A DNA stretch of 64,000 nt, from the sequence record NC_070963.1, one strand, 5' to 3'. The notes beneath the pieces are model-generated. The model saw only the letters and a list, made by a program, of their open reading frames with translations. It did not search any database and was not told the origin of the DNA. Position 1 is the first letter of the stretch; every line of letters starts with the position of its first letter. The translations under genes were made by a program, and so were the position numbers. Of the stretch, positions 18,704 to 28,325 are shown piece after piece.

Positions 18704-18728
18704 CATCCCTTTATAGATCTTCTATAAT
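18700..18728 (+). promoter_or_regulatory. sigma70-type promoter for gp32
   Basis: TTGACA-17 nt-TATAAT; -35 box contains the endonuclease stop codon. Confidence 0.8.
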
Positions 18729-18772
18729 AAAGTTGTTATAAAAACAAATCCAATTTATCCAACATATCTAAA

Positions 18773-19699
18773 ATGAGTTTTGCAAACCTTAAAAAACAAT
18801 CTAAACTTGGTTCTTTAACTGAAAAACTGGTTAAGGAAGTTGAAAAGATGAACGCGAGTAGTAGTTCAGGAGATGATCGTTTCTGGAAACTTGAGTGTGA
18901 CAAAGCAAACAATGGTTATGCGGTAATTAGATTTCTTCCTGCCCCTGATGGGGAAGATCTGCCATTCGTAAAACTTTATAGTCACGCATTTCAAGGACCT
19001 GGAGGTTGGTACATTGAAAATAGTAGAACTACAATTGGAGAAAAAGATCCAGTTTCGGAATATAATGGACAACTTTGGAACAATGGCACTGATGCTGGTA
19101 AAGAAGTCGCTCGCAAGCAGAAGCGTAAACTGACTTATATCAGCAATATCTATGTTGTCAAAGACCCTGCGAATCCTGAAAACGAAGGTAAGGTCTTCCT
19201 CTTCAAGTATGGTAAGAAAATCTTTGATAAGATTATGGAAGCAATGCAACCTGAATATGAGGACGAAACTCCTATCAATGCATTTGACTTCTGGGAGGGT
19301 GCAAACTTCAAACTGAAGGCAAAGAGTGTTGCTGGTTATCGTAACTATGATTCCAGTGAATTTGCGACTCCTGGCGCTCTTCTGGATGATGATGACGCAA
19401 TGGAAGCAATCTGGAAGAAGCAGTATTCTCTTACTGAATTTGTTGCTCCAGACCAGTTCAAGACTTATGAAGAACTGAAGAAGCGTCTTGACTCTGTGCT
19501 TGGTGCCAAGACTTCTACTCGTCTTGATGAAGAAGTTGAGGACGAAGACGATACTCGTGGTTCAGTTCGTGACCTTGATGATGGTCTTCGTAGTGAACTC
19601 AATAATCTTCAATCCACTCGTCGTGCTGTGGCACCCGTAGAGGAAGATGAAGACGACGATTCTGCTTTGCAGTATTTTGCTCGCTTGGCAGAAGACTGA
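18773..19699 (+). CDS. 32: single-stranded DNA-binding protein gp32
   Basis: GYAVIRFLPAP, HAFQGPGGWYIEN, GKVFLFKYGKKIFDKI, acidic C-terminus. Confidence 0.95.
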   Translation: MSFANLKKQSKLGSLTEKLVKEVEKMNASSSSGDDRFWKLECDKANNGYAVIRFLPAPDGEDLPFVKLYSHAFQGPGGWYIENSRTTIGEKDPVSEYNGQLWNNGTDAGKEVARKQKRKLTYISNIYVVKDPANPENEGKVFLFKYGKKIFDKIMEAMQPEYEDETPINAFDFWEGANFKLKAKSVAGYRNYDSSEFATPGALLDDDDAMEAIWKKQYSLTEFVAPDQFKTYEELKKRLDSVLGAKTSTRLDEEVEDEDDTRGSVRDLDDGLRSELNNLQSTRRAVAPVEEDEDDDSALQYFARLAED

Positions 19700-19707
19700 T
19701 ATAAAGT

Positions 19708-19730
19708 GGAGGAGAGAAATCTCCTCCTTT
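19708..19730. terminator. intrinsic terminator between convergent gp32 and gp53
   Basis: GGAGGAGA-GAAA-TCTCCTCC-TTT; same hairpin core as 11054. Confidence 0.7.
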
Positions 19731-20421
19731 AAAATGGAATTGTAACTTTCGTATTTTCTGTTTTAATCAATTTATCACTTACATATTGCGATGATCTATC
19801 ATAAATCATCGCTTTTCTTGTATCATTCAGAACTTGCTGTAAGTATCTTGGTTTGAGGATATAAATGCCTCTCTTATCATTATTCTTTAGAACTTCATAT
19901 TCATAATTACTAATACCTACAACTGGATCTGAAATACGAATGACATTTGCTCCAAGTTGAGATGCATCATTTGTATAAAGATTTCTACCATAAGTATAAT
20001 AAACTTTAAAGTCTTCATCGACAACTTGACCAGAAGGAAGAATCAAACGATCTTCTGGATCTTTAACTTCTGTTGTTTCATAATGATGAACAGCATTCAA
20101 ATCATTTCCATAGATTGATTCAGCATAATCATAAACTTGCTTGTCAGAAAGTGGCCATTCGTCCCTAAGTCTTGTGATTCCTGCAGATACAATTACAACC
20201 CAATCATATTGAACACTACCATAAAGTTCTTGTGCGACTAATTCTGGTCTTGACCCATCTGGAATTTGATACTTATCAAAAATAGTAACGACATTTTGTA
20301 AGTCATCACGAAGTTTGACTCTACGAAACAGATTCTTTACGGTCAAATACTGATCAGAAGATTTTGAATTTGGTAAAAATGATTGGTATTCTAGATTAGG
20401 TAATTCTCTAAAGTAAGTCAT
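19729..20421 (-). CDS. 53: baseplate wedge subunit gp53
   Basis: YFRELPNLEY, KNLFRRVK, RPELVAQELYG, DEWPL, VHHYET. Confidence 0.88.
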   Translation of the reverse strand: MTYFRELPNLEYQSFLPNSKSSDQYLTVKNLFRRVKLRDDLQNVVTIFDKYQIPDGSRPELVAQELYGSVQYDWVVIVSAGITRLRDEWPLSDKQVYDYAESIYGNDLNAVHHYETTEVKDPEDRLILPSGQVVDEDFKVYYTYGRNLYTNDASQLGANVIRISDPVVGISNYEYEVLKNNDKRGIYILKPRYLQQVLNDTRKAMIYDRSSQYVSDKLIKTENTKVTIPF

Positions 20422-21320
20422 TAGTATCCAACTCCTATTCTTCCTTCTTCTGTATCATAATTTTCTGCATAAATTGGTGACAGTTCTTGAAACTGTAATG
20501 TCAATTGCATATGCACTGGAGTTGCATCTGGATATGTTGCATATTGTGCAGATCCATTATAATTTACGCTCATTTGCGTAAGAGCACAAGGTTTGAATCG
20601 ATGTAAAAATGGATGTTGTTTTCCTCCACTCATATACTCTAATTTAAAAACATTTGGTGCTTTAACAAAAAGACCATTTCCATTTACATCTGGTGCTCCT
20701 TTTCTAGGAGTCATATTTGTTTTAAATCTTCTAATAATTGTTTTAATTATTTCAGATTCATCTGTAGATCTGGGAACCATATCAAATGTAAAATTAAACG
20801 CTGGGCGTATTGTAACTCCATTGAAAAGAAGTTCTACATTTTCATTAAATACTTGTCCAGTTGCTCTTGAAATAATTTGATTAATATTTCCTTGCCCCAA
20901 TGCTGCTTGTAAACCTGCAGCAGCTGCTCCAGCGGCCGCCGCAGATTGTCCTTCTCCAGTGGATAATGCACCACCAATGTTTTCAAAAAACTTTGATCCA
21001 GATTTAAATAATGATCCTACAAGATTTGAACTTAAAACTGCTTCAGCTCCAGCTGAAGCTAAATTTCCTACAATTGGATTCATCGTTCCAGATTGCCAAT
21101 CTGCACCGTTATTATCCTGAATATTTGCAGGCATTGGTAAAATAATAGTTGTTCTAGAAGTTTTAATACTTTCCTGCAATGCCTCTTCTGTGGTGCCGAG
21201 AGCAAAACTATTTTGTTTTTGCAATCCTAATCCAGGAGCCTTATACTCAAGGACTTGTATTTTAAAGTAATCATCTTGTGGCCCAATATTATTACGAGGA
21301 TATCTTAATAATTCTGCCAT
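20421..21320 (-). CDS. 48: baseplate tail tube cap gp48
   Basis: N.NVELLFNG...R..F.F.FDMVPRS..ES, C.LT...VNY, LTLQFQEL. Confidence 0.8.
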   Translation of the reverse strand: MAELLRYPRNNIGPQDDYFKIQVLEYKAPGLGLQKQNSFALGTTEEALQESIKTSRTTIILPMPANIQDNNGADWQSGTMNPIVGNLASAGAEAVLSSNLVGSLFKSGSKFFENIGGALSTGEGQSAAAAGAAAAGLQAALGQGNINQIISRATGQVFNENVELLFNGVTIRPAFNFTFDMVPRSTDESEIIKTIIRRFKTNMTPRKGAPDVNGNGLFVKAPNVFKLEYMSGGKQHPFLHRFKPCALTQMSVNYNGSAQYATYPDATPVHMQLTLQFQELSPIYAENYDTEEGRIGVGY

Positions 21321-21342
21321 TTACTTTTTTAACTATTTATTG

Positions 21343-21924
21343 CTAATTCCTTATTATTCTTTTATAAGGAACTGATTTTAAAATATTATATTCTTGAGGT
21401 GTCAATTCATATAATCCACTTACTAATCTATCACCATCTTCTGTATTATATTGTCTTATTTTACCCCAATGATAATTAAAAGCACGGAATCCTTTAGGTA
21501 ATATATCTCCTGCAATAATTAAAGGATGGCGATCATAAAGTATTCTGGGAGTAGCAGCATAATAGATATAAGTATAATACTTACCCGGAACGGGAAAATT
21601 TCTTTTGGTGTCACTTGCAATTGTCAAAATTTCATCCATTAATTGTTCGGGTGTTTCATTTCCAAATAAAGATTCTTTAAACTTTGAAAATCTATTTCCT
21701 AAACGACTTGTTCCTGATAATTTAGGAGATTTTGGATTAGCACTTTTATAGTCATGATCGTTTTTGATTAAACTGATTAACTGAGATTTTGGTAATCTTT
21801 GATATCCACTAATTCTACCTTGACCAGTTGCTGTTGTATAATAAACAGCATATTTTTCAGCAATCTCAACTAGTTCTTTTTGAGTGTATTGATCTAATGG
21901 TTTTTCGTATCCTGTGAGTGCCAT
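21343..21924 (-). CDS. 2: DNA end protector gp2-like
   Basis: PGKYYTYIY, YDRHPLI, GFRAFNYHW; position next to gp4. Confidence 0.65.
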   Translation of the reverse strand: MALTGYEKPLDQYTQKELVEIAEKYAVYYTTATGQGRISGYQRLPKSQLISLIKNDHDYKSANPKSPKLSGTSRLGNRFSKFKESLFGNETPEQLMDEILTIASDTKRNFPVPGKYYTYIYYAATPRILYDRHPLIIAGDILPKGFRAFNYHWGKIRQYNTEDGDRLVSGLYELTPQEYNILKSVPYKRIIRN

Positions 21925-22619
21925 TACTTGATACCTTTAATAATTTTTCCACCTTGTTTTAAAATAATATATCTAGAAAGTCCTGTTTCTTTAATTGCTT
22001 CTGACATAGACTTGTATATTTTATTATTATATTCTACTGGTTTAGACGCATAAGATTGATTCTTCATAAATTCACTGTGCTTTTTATGTTTCTCTTTATC
22101 TGTTCTATTTCTTTCTGCCATCTTTTTTAAATTTTTTTCATAATAAGATAATGGTCTAGGATTATTTTTTAATTTTTCTTTCCAAGTATTTGATAACTTT
22201 TTTCGCGCATCTTCAGAAATTTTTCTTCCTTTCAAACTTTTTTTATTTGCAGCACCAATTTTTGCTTTAACTTCAGGTTTTTTTGTTGGACTGTTGTCAC
22301 CATACATTTTGGGGGGCGCATTACCACCATCAGCAATATTCATCAAAATACCAGTTCCATCACATTTTTTACCAAAAACCGCAATCATATAGATTTCGTG
22401 CTTAAATGCTTCTGCTTCAGTTAAATTTTGTTTGAGTTTAATTATTCTACTTCTATCTTTTGGTGGTTTGCAATTTTTCCCATACTTATAATACAATCTT
22501 TTATCTTTCCCTTTACCAATGTAATAAGGGGTGCTGTCTTCTCTTAGGTATGCATATGTATAATAGTCATTCATTTGTATTTTTATATCTATATCGTTAT
22601 TTAGAACCAAAAAGTTCAT
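21924..22619 (-). CDS. GIY-YIG-like homing endonuclease
   Basis: YYTYAYLREDSTPYYIGKG, EAFKHEIYMI, LMNIADGG; probable start at MNDYY. Confidence 0.8.
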   Translation of the reverse strand: MNFLVLNNDIDIKIQMNDYYTYAYLREDSTPYYIGKGKDKRLYYKYGKNCKPPKDRSRIIKLKQNLTEAEAFKHEIYMIAVFGKKCDGTGILMNIADGGNAPPKMYGDNSPTKKPEVKAKIGAANKKSLKGRKISEDARKKLSNTWKEKLKNNPRPLSYYEKNLKKMAERNRTDKEKHKKHSEFMKNQSYASKPVEYNNKIYKSMSEAIKETGLSRYIILKQGGKIIKGIK

Positions 22620-23037
22620 TCTCAGTTATTACTTTAAATTCATATCCATGATCAGCACACCACTCCCGTGCTGCTTCCCATTTTGATTGATTTTTAGCAT
22701 ACTCATAAACCTCAGCAATATATTTCTTTGTTTGTCTTTGTGGTTTAGTAGGAGGAACTGTTTGTTTTGATGGTTTAATTTCAATCATGTATTTTTTCAT
22801 ACTACCATCAGACTCTTTGACTTTGATAAGAAAATCAGGAAAATATCTATGAACCTTTCCATCCAATGGAGACCTATATGGAATACATTTTTCTTCTGAC
22901 GACCATTCAATTATTTTTTCATTCGTATCACAATAGACGCAAAACTTTCTTTCCCATAATGATCGATAAATGATATTTGTTGGGTCTCCGTTGTATTTTT
23001 CTGGATAAGACGGTTTATATTTTCCTTTGTATGACAT
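22597..23037 (-). CDS. 4: head completion nuclease gp4
   Basis: KYNGDPTNIIYRSLWE, WSSEE, YFPDF, IEIKP, N..KWEAA, FKVITE. Confidence 0.92.
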   Translation of the reverse strand: MSYKGKYKPSYPEKYNGDPTNIIYRSLWERKFCVYCDTNEKIIEWSSEEKCIPYRSPLDGKVHRYFPDFLIKVKESDGSMKKYMIEIKPSKQTVPPTKPQRQTKKYIAEVYEYAKNQSKWEAAREWCADHGYEFKVITENELFGSK

Positions 23038-23077
23038 CTAAATACTTGTAACAATATACTCATAATAGGTATTTAGA

Positions 23078-23887
23078 GTGGCGTTACCACGCAGAATATC
23101 AGATATCAAACCACTATTTACAAATCTGGCACAAACTTCTCATTATGAAGTTAAGTTTGGTGGACTCCCTGGAGAACTTGTAAGTTATTTGAGAACTAGG
23201 GGAGTATCATCAAGATTTATTGCTGAGGATGCCGGTCTTCTATGCCACAATGCAGTGCTACCAACATCACAATTTGCAACTGTAGATGTTCCTGGAAACT
23301 ATACTGGAATTACAGAAACTTTTGCTCATCGAAGAATTTATCAGGATATAAGTCTTGAGTTTTATGTTGATAGTAACTATACTACTCTAAAATTTTTAGA
23401 GCATTGGATGGAATTTATTGCTAGTGGATCATCAAATCCAATTGACGGAATCAATTTTCCAATTAATACAAATGTTGATGAGGGATATTTCATAAGAATG
23501 CAATATCCAAAATACTATAAATCAAATCAAACAAGAATTATTAAATTTGATCGTGATTATCGAAGAGAAATAGAATATACTTTTATTGGTCTATATCCAT
23601 ATAATATTGCATCTATACCAGTTTCTTATGGGCAATCTGATGTATTAAAAATGCAAGTAACATTTAAAATTGATCGTTATGTGATTGGAAGATCTTATAG
23701 TGTTGATTATAATAGAAATGATGATAATAATAAACTTCCTACTCAACCTCAACCACAACCAATATCTCAACCAAAACCTAGATTAGTTCCAAGATCTCCT
23801 GGATCTATACCATCAAATGGCGTTGAATTATTTCCAATAAATCAAACTTTAACAGAGTCACTTTACGGATCTCAGAATAACAGATAA
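23078..23887 (+). CDS. tail tube-like / tube initiator protein (gp19/gp54 family)
   Basis: R.Y.DISLEFYVD..Y..L.FLEHWM, Y.FIGLYP..I....SY motifs. Confidence 0.7.
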   Translation: MALPRRISDIKPLFTNLAQTSHYEVKFGGLPGELVSYLRTRGVSSRFIAEDAGLLCHNAVLPTSQFATVDVPGNYTGITETFAHRRIYQDISLEFYVDSNYTTLKFLEHWMEFIASGSSNPIDGINFPINTNVDEGYFIRMQYPKYYKSNQTRIIKFDRDYRREIEYTFIGLYPYNIASIPVSYGQSDVLKMQVTFKIDRYVIGRSYSVDYNRNDDNNKLPTQPQPQPISQPKPRLVPRSPGSIPSNGVELFPINQTLTESLYGSQNNR

Positions 23888-23914
23888 ATAACTTTATCAT
23901 ATCTTTAATTGAAA

Positions 23915-24634
23915 ATGTCATTACCAAAAATTGCGACTCCTTCTTATTCTTTAGAAATTCCATCTCTTAAAAAAGAAATTAAATATCGCCCATTTCTTGT
24001 AAAAGAAGAAAAAATTCTCATCATTGCAATGGAAAGTGAAGATCCAAAGCAAATTGCAGAAGCGGTTAAAACTGTAATCAATAATTGTATTTTAACTAGA
24101 GGAATTAAAGTTGAGCAACTTGCAACTTTTGATATTGAATATTTGTTTCTTAATATTCGTGGAAAATCTGTAGGAGAAACAGTTGATGTTTTAATTACAT
24201 GCCCTGATGATGGAAAAACTCAAGTTCCTGTAAGTATTAATCTTGATGATATTGAAATTATCGTTGATAAAAAACATTCAAGAGATATTAAACTTGATGA
24301 TAATTTGACTTTGAGAATGAAATATCCCTCAATGAATGAATTTATTAAATCTAATTTTGGAAATGATTTTAATATGAGTGTAGATGATACATTCAGTTTG
24401 ATTGTTTCTTGTATGGAGCAGGTTTATAATGAAGAGGAATCTTGGTCTGCATCTGATTGCACTAAGAAAGAATTATCTGAATTTATTGAGCAATTGAGTT
24501 CAAAGCAATTTAAAGAGGTTGAAAACTTCTTTTCTACAATGCCTAAACTTTCTCATACTCTTAAGATTAAGAATCCAAATACTGAAGTTGAAAGTGAAGT
24601 ATTGCTGGAGGGATTATCAAGTTTTTTCGCTTAG
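23915..24634 (+). CDS. 26: baseplate hub subunit gp26-like (possible tail assembly chaperone)
   Basis: MSLPKI.TP.Y.L, IKYRPFLVKEEKIL, FDIEYLFLNIRGKSVGE, FF..MPKL. Confidence 0.88.
   Translation: MSLPKIATPSYSLEIPSLKKEIKYRPFLVKEEKILIIAMESEDPKQIAEAVKTVINNCILTRGIKVEQLATFDIEYLFLNIRGKSVGETVDVLITCPDDGKTQVPVSINLDDIEIIVDKKHSRDIKLDDNLTLRMKYPSMNEFIKSNFGNDFNMSVDDTFSLIVSCMEQVYNEEESWSASDCTKKELSEFIEQLSSKQFKEVENFFSTMPKLSHTLKIKNPNTEVESEVLLEGLSSFFA
24622..24628 (+). promoter_or_regulatory. candidate -1 ribosomal frameshift heptamer T TTT TTC
   Basis: In gp26 frame AGT TTT TTC GCT TAG; the -1 frame is open into gp51. Confidence 0.5.
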
Positions 24635-24636
24635 GG

Positions 24637-24810
24637 ATGGCTCATGAAAGTCTTGAGTCATACTATAAGACAAATTTTTCTTTAGTTCAGCATCATAAAT
24701 ATTCATTGACTGAAATAGAAAATATGATACCATGGGAGAGAGAAATTTATATCGCTCTTCTTAAACAATATATTGAAGAAGAAAACCTAAAGAACCAATC
24801 AAATGGCTGA
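24637..24810 (+). CDS. 51: baseplate hub assembly protein gp51-like
   Basis: Hand translation MAHESLESYYKTNFSLVQHHKYSLTEIENMIPWEREIYIALLKQYIEEE. Confidence 0.85.
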   Translation: MAHESLESYYKTNFSLVQHHKYSLTEIENMIPWEREIYIALLKQYIEEENLKNQSNG

Positions 24811-26413
24811 GTTAGATCCTGAAAAAGTTGGCAGATTAGGTGTTGATCCGGGCACAGGGTCTCCTTTGTCTCAAGAAGTTCGTAATGCTCTTTTAAAAAA
24901 ATCTACTATTGATGCATCAGTTTTTCAAAATATTGAAAATAGAAGAACGCAAACTGATGCACAAAATGCAGAATTATCTAGAGGGCAAGAACAAGCTCTT
25001 TTAGGATTTAATTCGACTCTCCAGGCAATAAGAACTGATATTGTAAAATTAGGAACAGGTCTTTCTGGAATTGCACTTCTTCTTCAACAAGATGCTGCGG
25101 AAGATCAAAATAAAATTAGAGCAGAACAAGAAAAACAAAGATTATTAGCAGAACGACAAGTTAGAATTGGAAAAGAAAGTGATATAGAACAAAAAATTCA
25201 AAATGCAGTTGCTGAACCTGTACAAAAATTAGTTCCTAAAGTAGATGATATTTTTGGTAAAATTGGTGCTGCTCTTGGAATTTTATTTGGTGGATGGTTA
25301 ACAAATCAAACTGTTCAAGCAATACAAGCATCTGAAGAAGGAAATACAAAATTATTCAACGATATTCGTTTTAATATTCTCAAAAATATTGGAATAGCAG
25401 TTGGTGGATTGTTTGCAATTAGGGCAGGATTTTCACTAATTACAAGAACAATTGGATCAATTGCTTCAGGACTAACTAAACTTTTTATTGCAAAACCTCT
25501 TGCAATTGCTGCGGCATTACTTCCTCGTCCTGGTGGTGGACCAAAACCAGGTGGTCCAAAACCAAGTGGACCAAAACCATCTGGAGGTGGATTTCTTGGA
25601 TTGCTTGGTAATATTATAAATGGTGTCACTGGAGTAATGAACTTTTTAAATGGTGAAAATGTTGATGCTGCTCTTGCTGCATTAACATTTGTTCCTGGTG
25701 GTGGAGTATTTAAACTTGCTAGAGTTGCTGCGGGAACAGTGTATACTCTTGATCAAATTGCAGAAGCACTTGATAAAAATTTTACTGGTGCAGATCCAAA
25801 ACTTTTAGCACAAAAAAAGAAAGAATTAGAAGAAGCAAAGAAAAAAGAAAAACCCCTTACATCAACTAAACCAGCACCTGCTACACTTCCTGCAGCACCT
25901 CCTGCAGCACAACCACAAACTCCAATGATGGGTGAGCAAACGCCATCAACTCCTGCTCCATCTCCTGATATGGAAAAGAAATTTGAGCAGGCATGGCAGT
26001 ATCGTAATAATCCTATGGCAAGAGGAAGAATTGAGGATGCTTGGAGTAAAATGACTCCAGATCAACAACAGCAGGCAAAAACTTGGGCACAAACAAAAGG
26101 TTATGATTGGAATGAAATGAAATTAAAGGATGCTGTTGACATGAGTGATTTGAAACAGCAACCATCTAAAACTGAAACTGCAGAGATAAGTCCGGCACAA
26201 GTATCAATGCCACTTAAAGAACCCCAACAAGTTGGTCAATTGCCAGAACCAAAACCGTCACTGACAATGATCAAAACGTCAAATAATCAATCTCAACAGG
26301 TAATTCCCCCACTAACAAATGAACCTTTGACTGACGTTCCATTAATCAATTCAGCAAACCCTGATAATTTTTATGTCTTGTATTCTCAATTAAATTATAA
26401 TGTGGTGATGTGA
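24803..26413 (+). CDS. tape-measure-like / baseplate hub protein
   Basis: Helical N-half, hydrophobic Gly-rich middle, Pro-rich linker; follows gp26/gp51. Confidence 0.55.
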   Translation: MAELDPEKVGRLGVDPGTGSPLSQEVRNALLKKSTIDASVFQNIENRRTQTDAQNAELSRGQEQALLGFNSTLQAIRTDIVKLGTGLSGIALLLQQDAAEDQNKIRAEQEKQRLLAERQVRIGKESDIEQKIQNAVAEPVQKLVPKVDDIFGKIGAALGILFGGWLTNQTVQAIQASEEGNTKLFNDIRFNILKNIGIAVGGLFAIRAGFSLITRTIGSIASGLTKLFIAKPLAIAAALLPRPGGGPKPGGPKPSGPKPSGGGFLGLLGNIINGVTGVMNFLNGENVDAALAALTFVPGGGVFKLARVAAGTVYTLDQIAEALDKNFTGADPKLLAQKKKELEEAKKKEKPLTSTKPAPATLPAAPPAAQPQTPMMGEQTPSTPAPSPDMEKKFEQAWQYRNNPMARGRIEDAWSKMTPDQQQQAKTWAQTKGYDWNEMKLKDAVDMSDLKQQPSKTETAEISPAQVSMPLKEPQQVGQLPEPKPSLTMIKTSNNQSQQVIPPLTNEPLTDVPLINSANPDNFYVLYSQLNYNVVM

Positions 26414-26414
26414 T

Positions 26415-28325
26415 ATGGCAACTGTATTAGAGTCTCTTCGAAAATCATCTATAAACATTCAAAGTATTTCTCAGACACTATCTGATACTAAAAAAAGCAC
26501 ATCGACAGTAAATAATTCTGTAGAAAATATTTCAAGAATTGTTGCAACAAATACAAGAGTTAAAAGAGAATTATTTACAAGATCTAATATTTTAAATTCT
26601 AGAAGAGAAGAAGCATCTAAAAGACAAGAACTTGAAGATCAAATTGAATCGACAAGAGTATCATCGTCCCCACAATTAGGACTTTCATTCTCTTCTAGAA
26701 GTGAAAAAAGTCCTCTAGGTAGATTGTTAGGATTTTTAGGGTTCATTACCGCTGGTTGGATTGTAGAAAATATTCCTACGTGGATTTTTATGGGTCAAGA
26801 ATTCGTATCTAGAATTCAGACATTTGGAAGATCCATGTATAATATGGTTAGTAATATGCAAAATATAATCAAATATTTTGGAGATACATTAAAGTATTCT
26901 TTTGATGCGATTATTCGTTTAGATTTTGATGAATTTGCTGGAGAAGGAACTGTTGCAAGATCTTTTGAGGAATTAAATCTTGCTGTTCAAGATTTAGGAA
27001 CTAATATTACAGATACGTTTAAACTCTTTACAACACCACTGACAGAATCCTTAGAAACTGGTGAAAAAGCACCCGGACTTGGAGAAACACGTCCGGATAC
27101 AATGTTTCCTTCTACAACTCAAGGAGGTGGTATAGAAAGTATATCTAAATTTATTGCAAAAGCAGAAAGTGGTGGTAGATATACTGCTTATGCTGGTGAC
27201 CGTGGTAAGGGAGATCAATCAATAACTACAATGACTTTGACTCAATTAAAACAAAAATATGGAGATTATAATACTGCAGTTGGTGCATATCAATTTATGC
27301 CAGGAACTGCCATTGGACTAGCAAAACAGTTAGGAATGGATCCAAATAAAACTGTCTTTACTCCAGAAGTTCAAGATAAATTAAATCAATATCATCTCAA
27401 GACGATGGGATATGAACAATTTAGAAGTGGAAAATTATCTCAAAGGGAATTTGGAACAAGAATAGCGCAGCAATACAGGGCATTACCAGATCCTAGAACT
27501 GGTAGAACTTATGCAGACCAATATGCTTCAGATAATAGAGCAACAGTATCTTTAACTGAGTTCAATACTGCTCTTACAAGTTCAAAAGAACAAAAACCAT
27601 CTCCTCAACCATCATCGATATCACCATCACCTTCACAAACATCAAACTTAAGTGGATATAGAGTAACAAGAAATGGGAGAAATATAACAAGTTTAGGTCA
27701 ATTACCACCACATCATGGTTCAACTAGAACAACATATGGGGGAAATAGATTAAGGCAAGATTTTACCTTATACAAAGGTAATCAATTTTTAAACATACCA
27801 GTTCCATCTCCAGTTTCTGGAACTATAAATTTTTCAGGAAGTGCTGGTGCTGGTGGTAATTGGATAGAAATACAATCTTCTCAAGGTCTTGTAGAACTAG
27901 GACATTTTAATTCTCTGAATGTTAAAAAGGGTGATAAAGTTTCTGTAGGAACTATTCTTGGTTTACAGGGATATACTGGAAGAGTTAGTCCATCTGGAGT
28001 TGATGGAACTCATGTTCACATTCAAGCACCGGACGCTGTGGTTTCAAATTATATTTCAATGTTGTCTTCTGGAAAAATTCCATATGCACCTGTAGAAAAA
28101 AGAGAAGCACAAATCTCAGCACAACCAAAACTGCAGCAACCTGCTGCAATGACTCCTGAAAGAAAAGGATCACAAATGCTTTTCATTGATGCTACTCAAC
28201 CACAACAACCTCAAGTATCTTATCCTGCACAACAACAATCAATAGTAACACCAACAATTACTGAATTTAAACTGTTAAATAACTTTATTAAGAATAAACT
28301 TTTACTCGATTTAGCATACCTATAA
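26415..28325 (+). CDS. tail protein with lysozyme-like and M23-peptidase-like domains
   Basis: IAKAESGG...TAVGAYQF (lysozyme-like); SPVSG, GNWIEI, GH, V.KGD.V..G..LG..G.TG, HVH (M23-like). Confidence 0.7.
   Translation: MATVLESLRKSSINIQSISQTLSDTKKSTSTVNNSVENISRIVATNTRVKRELFTRSNILNSRREEASKRQELEDQIESTRVSSSPQLGLSFSSRSEKSPLGRLLGFLGFITAGWIVENIPTWIFMGQEFVSRIQTFGRSMYNMVSNMQNIIKYFGDTLKYSFDAIIRLDFDEFAGEGTVARSFEELNLAVQDLGTNITDTFKLFTTPLTESLETGEKAPGLGETRPDTMFPSTTQGGGIESISKFIAKAESGGRYTAYAGDRGKGDQSITTMTLTQLKQKYGDYNTAVGAYQFMPGTAIGLAKQLGMDPNKTVFTPEVQDKLNQYHLKTMGYEQFRSGKLSQREFGTRIAQQYRALPDPRTGRTYADQYASDNRATVSLTEFNTALTSSKEQKPSPQPSSISPSPSQTSNLSGYRVTRNGRNITSLGQLPPHHGSTRTTYGGNRLRQDFTLYKGNQFLNIPVPSPVSGTINFSGSAGAGGNWIEIQSSQGLVELGHFNSLNVKKGDKVSVGTILGLQGYTGRVSPSGVDGTHVHIQAPDAVVSNYISMLSSGKIPYAPVEKREAQISAQPKLQQPAAMTPERKGSQMLFIDATQPQQPQVSYPAQQQSIVTPTITEFKLLNNFIKNKLLLDLAYL

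Noticed and set aside
22597-23037. TnsA-like endonuclease suggesting a Tn7 element
   Set aside because: Matches T4 gp4 head completion protein in the expected synteny; no other Tns genes or ends.
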